Notes under the pieces: model-generated | Databases searched by the model: none | What the model was told of the DNA's origin: nothing | What the model saw: only the letters and a program-made list of their open reading frames with translations | Made by a program: the position numbers and the translations under genes | In this document: in pieces, positions 11,543 through 22,469 of the stretch | Position numbering within the stretch: position 1 is the stretch's first letter | Layout: each line of letters opens with the position of its first letter | NCBI GenBank assembly: GCA_951406725.2 | Contig: OX597815.1 | Coordinates: 133,796,001-133,860,000, forward strand | Origin: Octopus vulgaris | Taxonomy: Eukaryota | DNA: 64,000 bases | Reading direction: 5' to 3'

Positions 11543-13289
11543 TTCTAAGGAGTTGTTTGACCTGTTAGAAATAGCCACCAAATTTCCTTATTCAACAACG
11601 ACAGTATACAGTGATATAACCGTAACCAAGTAGGTTAAGGAACTACTACCCTCTGTTTACTATGCACGCATTCATTTTTGCCTCTACTCTGTACTATTGG
11701 TATGCTTTCTTCAATATTTTTTATATTTCCACAAATCAATGATGGTGGTGGGGGCTCGAGCTGCTGGAAATAACAGCTAGATTCATTTCTCAAATGCTGC
11801 CTTAGAAGAAAGCAAGATGAGATGGTCATAGCTGGCAGTTTCTTGATCTAAAGGTCGGCTGCATGAGGGCCGACCTGGAGCTAACAAAAACAGTGATTTC
11901 GAAAAGTCACGGCTATGCAGATAGGAGAATGTTTAAATATAAGAACAAGAAACGAAAATCGACCTTATAATCCTAATATGTATTTGCAGGTAAAAAAAAA
12001 AACACTCCTTATCAAAGTGTGAAGAGAACAAAGAGGTGTCTGGCTTCCACGGTATTTTTACCGAAATATAATCATCGAGATTTTTAAATGTTTCTTAAGG
12101 TGAAAGTTCAGTCTTTGTTCTTAGTCTTACTTACATTTAATCTTCCCCTCAACTGCATAACGGTGGATTTATATCTAAATCAGTGTTTACTGTAATACTT
12201 TAAGCAAATAAACACTCTTCTAACTATACTTAGATTTCATTTTAGTGCATTTTGGCTAATATTTTTACAACCTTCGTCGTCATTCTATAGACAATCTGTA
12301 TTATTGTTATTATCTCTTCTTTAATATTAGTTGTTACTTTGTTTCAGGGTCAACTGTACTTTATATAACACTTTAAATTAGAAATGAACAGTTGTTTATA
12401 ACAAAACACCATCGTATAACATTGAGAGTAACGTTCATAACGGATTACTTCTTTGTTCAGAAGATTACTAACTCAATGTTAGGTTTAAAATATTGAGAGG
12501 TAGAGAGAGTTTTATGTGTGTGTGTGTGTGGAGAGAGAGAGAGAGGTCTTAAGTTATGAATGATAAAAGAAATATGAAGAGAAATATATTTTAAATATTG
12601 TATTACTTTATAAAATTTCTATCCGGTATTATTTTTTCAATTCATCTCATTTTTAAAAAGAATAATTACACACGCACACACATAAACATACATATATACA
12701 TACATAGACACATTTTTTTAAGCGATCAGAAAAATCGTTCTCTGTAACAACATCGAAAGTAACAGCATGATAAAGCTTAAGAATTCTCATACTCTTGAAT
12801 AAGTGACGAGATTATAAAAACATTGTTTTTTTTTATATTTCAGCATAAAATCTATAAAATCAATCAATATTAATAAAAAGTATCTTTTATTTGTTGAGTA
12901 AGAGAAAGGTTATATTTTCTTAAAACAACATTGTGTAAGAATAAGATCGCACTGACCAATTATCGATCTTTTCTATAGACATAATTTTTGGTATGGCTGA
13001 AGGAGTAAGAAGTTCGCTTCACGACGTCCATGTTTCAAGATCGATCCCTCTATAAGGTAACCTAAATTGCCTCAGTTGGACCATTCTTGCTGACATTCAA
13101 CAAACTGTGCTATATTTTAGGTATCACCATTGTTGTCTGTTTCTCTGGAATCCAGATTTTAATCTTGTGAGTGAAATTTAGTAAATGGTAGAAGTAGGTC
13201 TATAGTGTATGTCATACGTAAAAGTGAAACTATATATCTGCCTGTCTCTGTGTGTGTTATCGTAATACATTAAAAAAAGTGAATCAAGG

Positions 13290-13495
13290 CACCTACTAGC
13301 AGAATCGTAAGCATGCCAGACAATATACTTAGTTGCGTTTCGTTCGTCTGTACGTTCTGAATTCACATTCCACCGAGGTTTGCATTTCATCCTTTCGAAA
13401 TCAATAAAATAGGCACCAGTTGAGCATTGGAGTTGGTGTAATCGACTTACCCTGCCCCCAGAAATTGTTGGCCTTGTGCTAAAATTTGAAACCAG
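13290..13495 (+). mobile_element. tRNA-derived SINE (Meta-domain-like), CpG-retaining copy
   Basis: GCAGAATCGTAAGC...TACGTTCTGAATTCACATTCCACCGAGG...TTTCATCCTTTCG...GTAATCGACT...GGCCTTGTGCTAAAATTTGAAACC. Confidence 0.75.
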
Positions 13496-14934
13496 TATAT
13501 AAAAATGAGTACGCCAAAAAGGCCAATATACTAGAACCGTAACATCGCCAAAAATGAATTTGTAAGCCACTGTATGTCAAAACCAAAAATATTGTATACC
13601 TCAACAATTGCAATAGAAACTGGAAAAAGTTACTGATTAGCAAAATAATTCATTTAGATTGATTACGTAAATTTGCACTATATTTCTTTTAAAGGAATAT
13701 CTTCACAGAAAATTACAAAAATTTAAGAGCAATGTTTTAATTTCTGTATTTATTTATCTATAAAGCTCAACTTAAACCATCTTCTGAATTGCTTGGATTA
13801 AACAATTCTTAAGTGAATCAACATTCCCGGACGAACAGAACATTATCAGCAGTATTTTAAAGCGATCTGTACAAACTACGTAAAAGACGCTTGGCCTTAA
13901 TGCTTAATATTGGCTCACAATGATATCACCGGTTCAAACACCCATGTTTAAATTAGCTCTTATTGTTAGCTGTCAGCGAAATTTGAAACAATACCTTATT
14001 GATTCTAGCAGCAGCTACAAAGTTTCTGGACAGACCTTATAAGTGACCCAAATGAACAGTTTAGAAGTGCATAAATGCATTTGAATATTTCTACATTTGA
14101 CAGCTGTGTGGTTAATACTTAAAGAGCTGTTAGTCAATAACAAGTATGTGACTGACAGTAGCACTATCATCAAAAGTAATCCCTTTCTTTTAGCATTGCT
14201 GTCTTTTAACCATTTATGAAAGAGGTTTCTGTTGAACACCTTCCAAGAAATAAACCAACTGCCCAAAGGCGAGGCTGTAAAAGATTTCAAATTCTCATTT
14301 TGTCTTCTTCCAGATATAAAGTGATCGTTAGTTTTTTCTTACTAGGTGTTCTTATTTCATTGTCTGTCGCTATTTCAAACCGGTTTCACTGATAAAATTT
14401 CTTTTACGAAACAATGATTGGAAATGAGAGAGAGAGAGAGAGAAGTAGAGAGAGGTGGGGAGTGATTGTATTTCAGTAAGTACTATAATGGCTTTTAATG
14501 GATTCTAATTTTTCTTTTTATTTATTTCATTTTCTGAGCGACCACGATAAAATTATCTCTAGCAACAACGAAGTTTCCTTTCTTAGCAACAACGTTGTTA
14601 GTTAATAGTGTAATCAATCACTCGATCAATATTTCATTTATTTCATGCGAGTACGATAAACATTGTTAATTTGCTTGGTCTGATCGGAGGTATCCCTACT
14701 AGTTTAAAAGTCGGCATTGAAAGCGAACAAAGAGATCTTTTCGTATTGTTTTCAAAACACCGTATCTTTTATCTTTTTCTTGTTTCACTCAGTGAACTGC
14801 ACCCATACTGGGGCACCTCCTCCACTCTAGTACTTATTCTTTAAGTCTGGTATACTGTTGGTTTCTTTTACCAAATGGCCAAGTTATGTAGGCAAACAAA
14901 TATCACCGGGGGACGAAAACACACACACACACAC

Positions 14935-15816
14935 GTATAGCTCTATCTAGTATGCTCCAAAGATTTTCAATTGGGTTCATGTTAAGAGATTGGCTCGACC
15001 AAGGAAGCTTCTTGATCCCATTTTCAGTCAACCATTGTTGATTCCTTTTCGCTCTGTGGCATGGAGCCCCATCTTCCATGAATAAAAAATCATTTTTCGT
15101 TATGTTATCGTGTGAATACATCAGAAGTAGTCCTTGCTTAAGTATTTCGATGTATTTTTCAGAGTTTATGGTTCCAATACATTCAATCAGCTCAGAACGA
15201 CCATTGCTGGTGACAGTTCCCCATACCATTACAGAGATACCGCCATGTTTCACAATTGGTTAATCATTTCAAATCAAATTCTTGATTGGGAAGCCCCCAG
15301 GCCCAAAAACGTCCACTGTCTGGAAATAATGCAAATCTAGATTCATCTGAGAAAATCACTCTATCCTAAAATGAACTGGATTTTTATGACATCTTAGCCC
15401 ATTTCTTTCTTTTCGTGATATTAATTAGTTGAAGGAGAGGTTTTCTTCTAGCTGCTCGTCCATAATACTCAAGTTTATGCAGATATGTAGCACACGTTCT
15501 TGGACTAACTTCTAGCTGTTTTGCAATGTCAGAAGCCTTCGAACAGGGTTCGTTTTCCACAATTCTCTTCAAACAGCGAAGCTTCCTTTCCGAGGGCCCA
15601 GGTCGGCCGGGACAAGAATCTATTGATTCTTTTCCGTGCCTTTTGAATTGCACTATAATTCTATTAACAGTAGTAAGAAGAATTTGAAGACTTTCGACAA
15701 TTTTTCGCTGGTTAAAACCAGCCTCAGATTGCCCAACAATATGATGTCTTTGAAAATCTGACAGTTCTGCTGAATTTTTTGTGGTTACTCTTCGCAAATA
15801 TTTAATATAACGGCAC
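14935..15816 (-). pseudogene. Tc1-family (DD34E) transposase, disrupted and 3'-truncated
   Basis: N-terminal HTH region ELSDFQR..IVG...GRP...ARRKPLL (ORF 15797-15384), then VIFSDESRF, then KHGG.SVMVWG, FMEDGAPCH and MNPIENLW (ORF 15253-14903). There are 34 residues between the second D and the E. Stops and a frameshift lie between the ORFs. Confidence 0.93.
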
Positions 15817-18084
15817 CTGAAATGAAAAAGAATTGTAAATTTTACACCGCTGAAAACATTAAGACGCTTAGATCAGAAATTTTGAAAATTAAAGGTGTCT
15901 ATTTACTTCCTGCATGTCTGTGATTATATGTGTTTGTGTATACGAGAATACCAACTCATTGATCAATTGTAGCTTATTTAATTTTTGTTTCAATTCACCT
16001 AGCTGTCGATGGTAGGAGTAAATAATATTGGGGCAAAGAAAGAAAAAATCTATCGGGTCTTTTGTAAATGTCAAATGTGACAGACTGGCATCCTAGCTAT
16101 GTAAGGGTCATTCGATTTGTCGTCTGCTTAATGTTATAAAATCTCGAGATAAGCATTGTTTTTTTATGTTATCTCGTGGTTTACGAAGCCCCATTTCAAT
16201 GTTATCTTGTCACTGAGGCTTATTGCCTAATTTGGAAAACTGATATTAGCATAACATTTGTATAAATCCACTATTTATCTAATCTAAATCCTTTTTAATA
16301 AAACGATTATATAAATGATGCAAAATTATATTTGTTTGTGAGACCTGAAGTCTTTTTGCATACTAATCATGAAATGGAATTGAAGTAATACTAGTGATCC
16401 TGGTTCCTCTTAGGCTTGCATAGATGGCATTGAATTTTCATGTTTTACATGTATATTTTTTTAACTTTCGGATGGATCATAGCCTAAACCTTATGATGTA
16501 CCTTCTGCACTCTAGCCTTTCATACCAATTGGTTCCCTACCAATCTCAGTTTCTTCGATACAGGACTGTTTTCTTCTATTATCAACGTCTATCTATCTGT
16601 TGTAGCATAGGCCCTCTCGCAAGGTATGGAAGCCTGGGAGTTCGTCTACGGTTTGACCTCTTCTTTGCCCTGTTTTCTGTCTTCTTTCCACACCTCTGCC
16701 TCTCTAATTAACCGTCTCTTGTCCTCCACCATTTCTTAATATAGAGGACGCATTTTTACAGTGGGCATTGGTAGAGGAGTTTGTTCATGAGCTGAAGGAG
16801 ATCCAGAAGATCGATAAAATAATCATTTATTGAGCTCAACTAAATCTTCAAAATCCGTGGCTTCGGGCCAGGGTTAGAATTTATTACCACAATCACTTCC
16901 ACATAGACCGACTGTAGTTCCTGAACAATAACGTTTAATTCTCGGTTATATTTTGATAGCGCTATTTTTTCTTTACATACGTACAATCCCAATGTCGTGA
17001 TTGTTTAGTCACAAATTTATGATTGACGATTCTTTGGTTAACAGTAATTATTTTTGTTACAATATACTATTTATCTAAGGTTGTTTTTTGTTTTTTTGTA
17101 GTTAATGTTTGAAGTATCAGCAAACAATGTTGCTTTTATTGTTTGACGTTTATACTACTAACAACATAATTCATGGGAGCAGCAACAAGAATAATTTAGG
17201 GTTTTTATTTTGTACAAAAGTAACAGTTCATGAATATTTTTTTTTCAATGAATAAAGCAATAATTGTACTCAAAACAACAACTGATTATTGAGCAACAAT
17301 AATAGTTGTAAAAAGATTTCTATTATAGGTTTGAAAATGTACAAGAATGAAGTTTATAGATTTGATACTTTGTTGTGTATGAATGAGATTTATTTGTTTT
17401 TGTCTTTTGGTACAACAATAAATTTTTGTCACGCAACTATTACTGACACTGTTGTCCGAGAATAAGTTTGTTGTTGTAACATGCAGAGCAGCAACAGTCT
17501 CATATTGACTGCTGCACAGCAGTGTTTTGATTACAATAGTGTGTATTTGTCAGTTCAAGTCTCCTACCTCTTTCTCTGTCACACGCACACTTACATATAC
17601 ACATACACGCCTCTATTAATCTAATGTTGCAGCTAAATCTCCATCAATAGTTAAGTTGACATTGTTATCTGTGTGCCCTATACCATTATTTTCCCCTCCC
17701 GCACTATTATCAAAGCTGTTAAACCTTATTGTAACACTTCATTCTATAAATGACTCCAATTCATATGACATCGCTGTAGCAAGGTTAACCGAGTGCAGCA
17801 AATCCTACTAAAATGTCAGCAAAAGCCTTATTGCTGAAGGGAGAAGACAAAGAAACAGTCTCTTTCATTTAAATCTGTTATGTGTGTCAACCTACAATAG
17901 GGGGGGTTGCAGATTCTACTGAAATGATATATAAAAGTGACGAATAAATAAATACATAACTTTACAAGTGTAAGAAATTCTTCATGAAGAATGTACAGAA
18001 ATGATTTTGTTTCTCCCTCTTTCAAATATTTTTTGCGTGCCTTTTAGTTTCGTAACCTAGAATTCTAGAATGAATGCGTGTTGT

Positions 18085-18127
18085 GTATGTATGTGCAAAT
18101 GTGTGCGTGTGTGTATATATGTGTATA

Positions 18128-18187
<60 letters not shown>

Positions 18188-18269
18188 GTGTGTGTGTGTA
18201 TATATATATATAATGTGTGTGTGTGTATATATATATATAATGTGTGTGTGTGTATATATATATATATAA

Positions 18270-18313
<44 letters not shown>

Positions 18314-18322
18314 GTGTGTGTG
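18085..18322. repeat. Compound (TA)n/(TG)n microsatellite with ~28-30-bp higher-order units
   Basis: Repeating AATGTGTGTGTGTGTATATATATAT blocks. Confidence 0.9.
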
Positions 18323-18606
18323 TAAACGATTTACTGAATAAAGATTTCTATAAAGATTTTTATCATTATGTATTGAATAAATATTCATACATCGTCGTAT
18401 TCGTTATCATCATCATCAGGTTTCTTTTTCCAACATATTTTCATGGGCAGAATAGCTGTATAAACACATTTACATGCGTGTGTGTGTGTGTGTGTGTGAG
18501 AGTAATGCCTATGTATGTGCGTGTAATATGTGTGTATATGATATATATGTTTGTATGCATATGTATATGTATTTGTATATATATATATTTGTATGAATAT
18601 GTAGTT

Positions 18607-18695
18607 GTTGAGAATCGATATTGGATTAAGGAGAAAGCCACTAAGAGCTCTCGTACACAGTGGCCCTGCTTCACAATCCAGTATCGATTCTCAAC
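18607..18695. repeat. 89-bp hairpin / mini foldback element
   Basis: GTTGAGAATCGATATTGGATT pairs with AATCCAGTATCGATTCTCAAC (20/21, the mismatch being G-U compatible). Inner stem GCCACT/AGTGGC. Confidence 0.85.
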
Positions 18696-19439
18696 TAGAA
18701 TTATTCACTTATGTTGCTGATTTCCCCGACAAAGAAAGGCATGGACGTCAAAATCTCTCTATCCCTCTTCCCTATCTTCTAAAAATATGGGCTCCCATTC
18801 CACGGCAAGAAAAACATCACCTACACTTTATAAGTATGTTTATACACACACACCCATGTATTAGAAACATACACCCCTACCTTCACACAAATACAACTTT
18901 CGTATGTATTTTTCGTATAGCTTAAGAATGAATCCCTGGTTGCCAAAGATTATATGGACGTGGGGGAAACCAAACCCGTTGGTCTTATTGTAAACTACTT
19001 CATCTCCACCCATATATAAATATTCCCATATTAACCAGTACACCTCTTATTTCTTCACTTAACTAACCCTCTTTCTTTCTCTTTCTCTCTCTCATGTATG
19101 TGTGTATAAACATAAATACGCACACACTCACACACAATTCGAAACATTGTAGAACTTTTCTGTATCTCCTTTAGCATTTTATATTTTGGTTCTCAACAGG
19201 TGGAAGCAACTGTAACAATATTGTGTTGATACTAAAGCATGTCATGTGTGTGTGTGTATACGTATCTACCTACTAATATAAAATTAAACCAAATTTCATT
19301 GAGTGAATATCCCTCTTCCAATTATTTATATATAATCCTCTCGGATTCCTTCCATCGTTAAAATAAGTATCAATACCGTCGCTGTGTTATTGATTTCTGT
19401 TTGAACTAGGCACAATATAATTGTTGGTGGAGGAGTATA

Positions 19440-19930
19440 TGATGATGCGACGTTTATTACTTCTTTCTCTTTATCTTCATCCATCATACCTCCCTTCCTT
19501 GTTCACGTTATTAACCTTTTGGTTTTCTTCTTTCTCCACCTCTTCGACATCTTTTTACCCAAGTTCATATCTTTTTTTCGTCACTTCTTTTTCCCTCAAA
19601 TAGTTCTTAGTCTCTTCACATCCAGGTTGCACTTGGCCAGTCTTCTATCTCGCTGTCCTTATTCCTTTTTGTCACCCCCACCCCCCACTCATTTCCCCGT
19701 CTTTTTCTTTCCTTCTTTTCTCTTTATTTCTTTTTGTGTCTTTATCTTTTTTGTGTCTTTTCTTTTTCTTCTTTTCGTTCTATCTATATCTTTTTCTGTC
19801 TTTCTCTCTCTTTTTTTCCTTGTTCCCTCACCATTTTCTCTTATAATCCCATCTCCCCTTTTTTTCTACATGTTCTCTCCTTCATTCCCCTATTCATACT
19901 TTTACTATAATCTATATTACAGAGACAGAT
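19440..19930. repeat. CT-rich low-complexity (polypyrimidine) tract
   Basis: Almost purely C/T on the + strand, which produces spurious F/S/L-rich ORFs. Confidence 0.85.
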
Positions 19931-20024
19931 AGATAGATAGAGAGAGAGAGAAGACAGGGGAAGAGGAGATAAAGAAAGCAAACAATACTTTTATTTCGGT
20001 TTGCCTTGTTGCATGTACATACAG

Positions 20025-20094
20025 CAAAGATTTTGAGGAATTACATCGGAGATTCCTTACCAAAGAACTGGATCTGGTTCAAGGTGAAGGCTGA
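20025..20094 (+). other. Candidate small coding exon (unassigned)
   Basis: Pyrimidine-rich stretch plus ...ATACAG acceptor at 20024, then an open frame KDFEELHRRFLTKELDLVQGEG*. A possible donor AG|GTGAAG follows 20083. No homologue recognised. Confidence 0.25.
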
Positions 20095-20329
20095 CTGATT
20101 GTCAGCTAGCTCAATTAATAGAAATTATTCCCCATTCCCTCGGCCTCACTGCACATGCAACACACACACACACAGACACACACACTGTATTCGATACGTG
20201 ATCAGTGCTATCAATACGATAAACAGAAAACATTTATATTCCATAGCATGATGTTTCTTGACATCCGACTTCAAGCGCCATTTGTAAATATTGATTCGGC
20301 TTGGCTGTGGCTCTCTGATCTCTTGATTC

Positions 20330-20585
20330 TGTGTGTGTGTGTATGCTTGTGCATGCGCGCGCATGTATACGTGCGTGTGTATATGTGTTTGCGTATGTGA
20401 ACCTGTGTGTGTGTGCATGCTTGCGTATGTGCGGGTTTATATGTATGTTGATGTGTGTGTGTGCGCGCGCGTATGTGTGTACACGCACGCATATGTGTGT
20501 GTATGTGTATGTGTGCACGCGCACAATTGTGTATATATGCGCGTGTGTACGGGCGCGCATGTACATGTGTGCATGTATGTATGTG
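20330..20585. repeat. Alternating purine-pyrimidine tract rich in CG/TG
   Basis: GTGCATGCGCGCGCATGTATACGTGCGTG...GTGTGCGCGCGCGTATG... Confidence 0.85.
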
Positions 20586-20619
20586 GTGCTCTTATGTATC
20601 TTTCTAATCCAACGGCAAC

Positions 20620-21560
20620 TTTCTTCTGAAGTTGACATGAACCAGCTTTCAACCCTCTCCCATCCATCTTCATTCACATTCTTTCTCTTGCTCTCTGTCC
20701 CACATACTTCTACTTTGTCTCTCTCTTTTTCACTTTCTCTCTCATGTACTCTCTTTTTCTCCCCCTCTCTCGCCTCGTCTGTTTCTTTCACTCTTTGTTT
20801 CAATCACTCTCTCTCACTTATTCCTTCTCTATATAACTTCAAGTCAATCATTGTTTTGTTTTCTCTCGCCGTCCTGTTGAACCCCCCCAATTTTTACACT
20901 TCCGAACTTCCTATTTCGCCCCACTATCATCTTTACTTCTCTATTCTGTATCTTCCTTTACCTTTTTTTCATCACTTAACCCTTCTTTTTTTGCACGCAA
21001 ACACCTCTTCCTCTCTCTTTCGGTCGCCCCCTTTATCGCTCTTCCCGTCCTCTCTCTCTGTCTCACTCTGTCACGTCTCTCCAAACTCAGTTTCACTTCT
21101 TCCACTTTCGCCACAGTTATCATCATTATCATCATCATCCTCTTGTGGATGTTATTTGTCTTTTTCTCCTCCTTTTCAGGTTTTCGTTTTTATTCCTCAT
21201 CATCGTCTGTTTCCTTCTTTTCCATCCTTTTTCTTTTCTCACATTGTCATCTCATATATTCACCCTCTTTCTTGTTCAAGTCTTTATCACCCTGTATCTT
21301 TACGTATTCTTCTTCTACCGTATAATTGTTGATCAACATTATCTCTAGTCTTGGACCTCTCCCACTCCTCTTTGCTCCCCTTTTCCTTTTCTTTTGTCAA
21401 GTAACCTTCTTCAATGTCTTTTCACTTTACCATTTCTCTCGTTTTGTTCCCATTCACTTTGCTTGTCTTCTTTATGTCCACTTCACACTACTCCTCTTTT
21501 GTGAACTTCACGGCTCTTCACGTCCCTCTCTCGACTCCCTAGCCACCCTCTTCTCCACTG
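20620..21560. repeat. ~0.9-kb CT-rich low-complexity tract
   Basis: Strong pyrimidine bias on the + strand. It explains the 333-aa S/L/F/P-rich ORF. Confidence 0.85.
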
Positions 21561-22399
21561 ACACAATTCCTAGAGCTGACTTAGAGAAACTACAACAAAT
21601 AAAATAAAAATAAATAACAAGGGAAAGGACAGAAAAATAACGTAAAACGTTCTCTCGTTACATATATGAAACTTAAGTCTCTAATTATAACAGCTGCAAC
21701 TCACGGCAAAAATCATCTAAGTGCATCAACTTCAAAGTGGTCATTTGTTATTGCAGATATAACAATGATAGCAATGTGTTATTGCACATCATTCCGTAGT
21801 ATCCTGCATGCTCTTTTTGGACTGTGGCCATGCTGAGGCACTGCCTTCAAGGGTTGAACAAATCAATGCCAGTACTATTCTTCAAGTCTGTTATTTATTA
21901 TATCAGTCTCTTAAGCTGAACAAAGTTACAAAGATGTGAACAAACCAACACTGGTTGTCAAGTAGTGGTGGGGGACAAAGCCACACATGCACATATACAA
22001 CAGGCTTCTATTGGGTTTTCGTCTACTGTATTCACTCACAAAGCACCGACTGGTCAGTCTGGGGCTATAGAAGAAGACGCTTGCCCAAGTGCCATGCTGG
22101 CACCTATCATCATTTAATGTCTGTTTTCCATGCTGGCATAGATAGGACAGTTTGAGAGGAACTGGCAAATCCGAAGATTGTACTAAGCTCTGCTGTCTGT
22201 CTTGGCATTGGAGAGGAGAGAAAGACAGTGAAGATGTGACAGGAAAGGAGCAGGCGCCTGTACACCCAAGTTACAGGGTGGTGTATATAGTGATGTGGAC
22301 CAGAAATTGGAGAGATTGAGTAGATGGGTGAGTTCACAAGATTTCCAACGGAGAGTGGGAGCTCAAGTTGGTGAGAAAGGGAAGGAATTTAACATGAGC

Positions 22400-22469
22400 A
22401 TATTGTGTGCAGGTAGGTGAATGAATACATGAGGGAGAATATATCCACCTACCTACCTGCACACAATAT
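22400..22469. repeat. 70-nt hairpin with a perfect 19-bp stem
   Basis: ATATTGTGTGCAGGTAGGT (22400-22418) / ACCTACCTGCACACAATAT (22451-22469). Confidence 0.85.

Noticed and set aside
15850-16400. Search for the Tc1 terminal inverted repeat
   Set aside because: The 3' end of the element is truncated at ~14935, so no partner repeat exists to confirm any candidate 5' TIR.
16424-16740. 95-aa ORF / possible LINE endonuclease start on the minus strand
   Set aside because: The resemblance is limited to a few residues across frameshifts and cannot be supported without a search.
19519-19932. 137-aa Phe/Leu/Ser-rich ORF resembling a membrane protein
   Set aside because: Artefact of the polypyrimidine tract.
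20331-21332. 333-aa ORF, the longest in the track
   Set aside because: It spans a TG/CG repeat and a CT-rich tract that cannot easily form stop codons, and there is no domain-like content.
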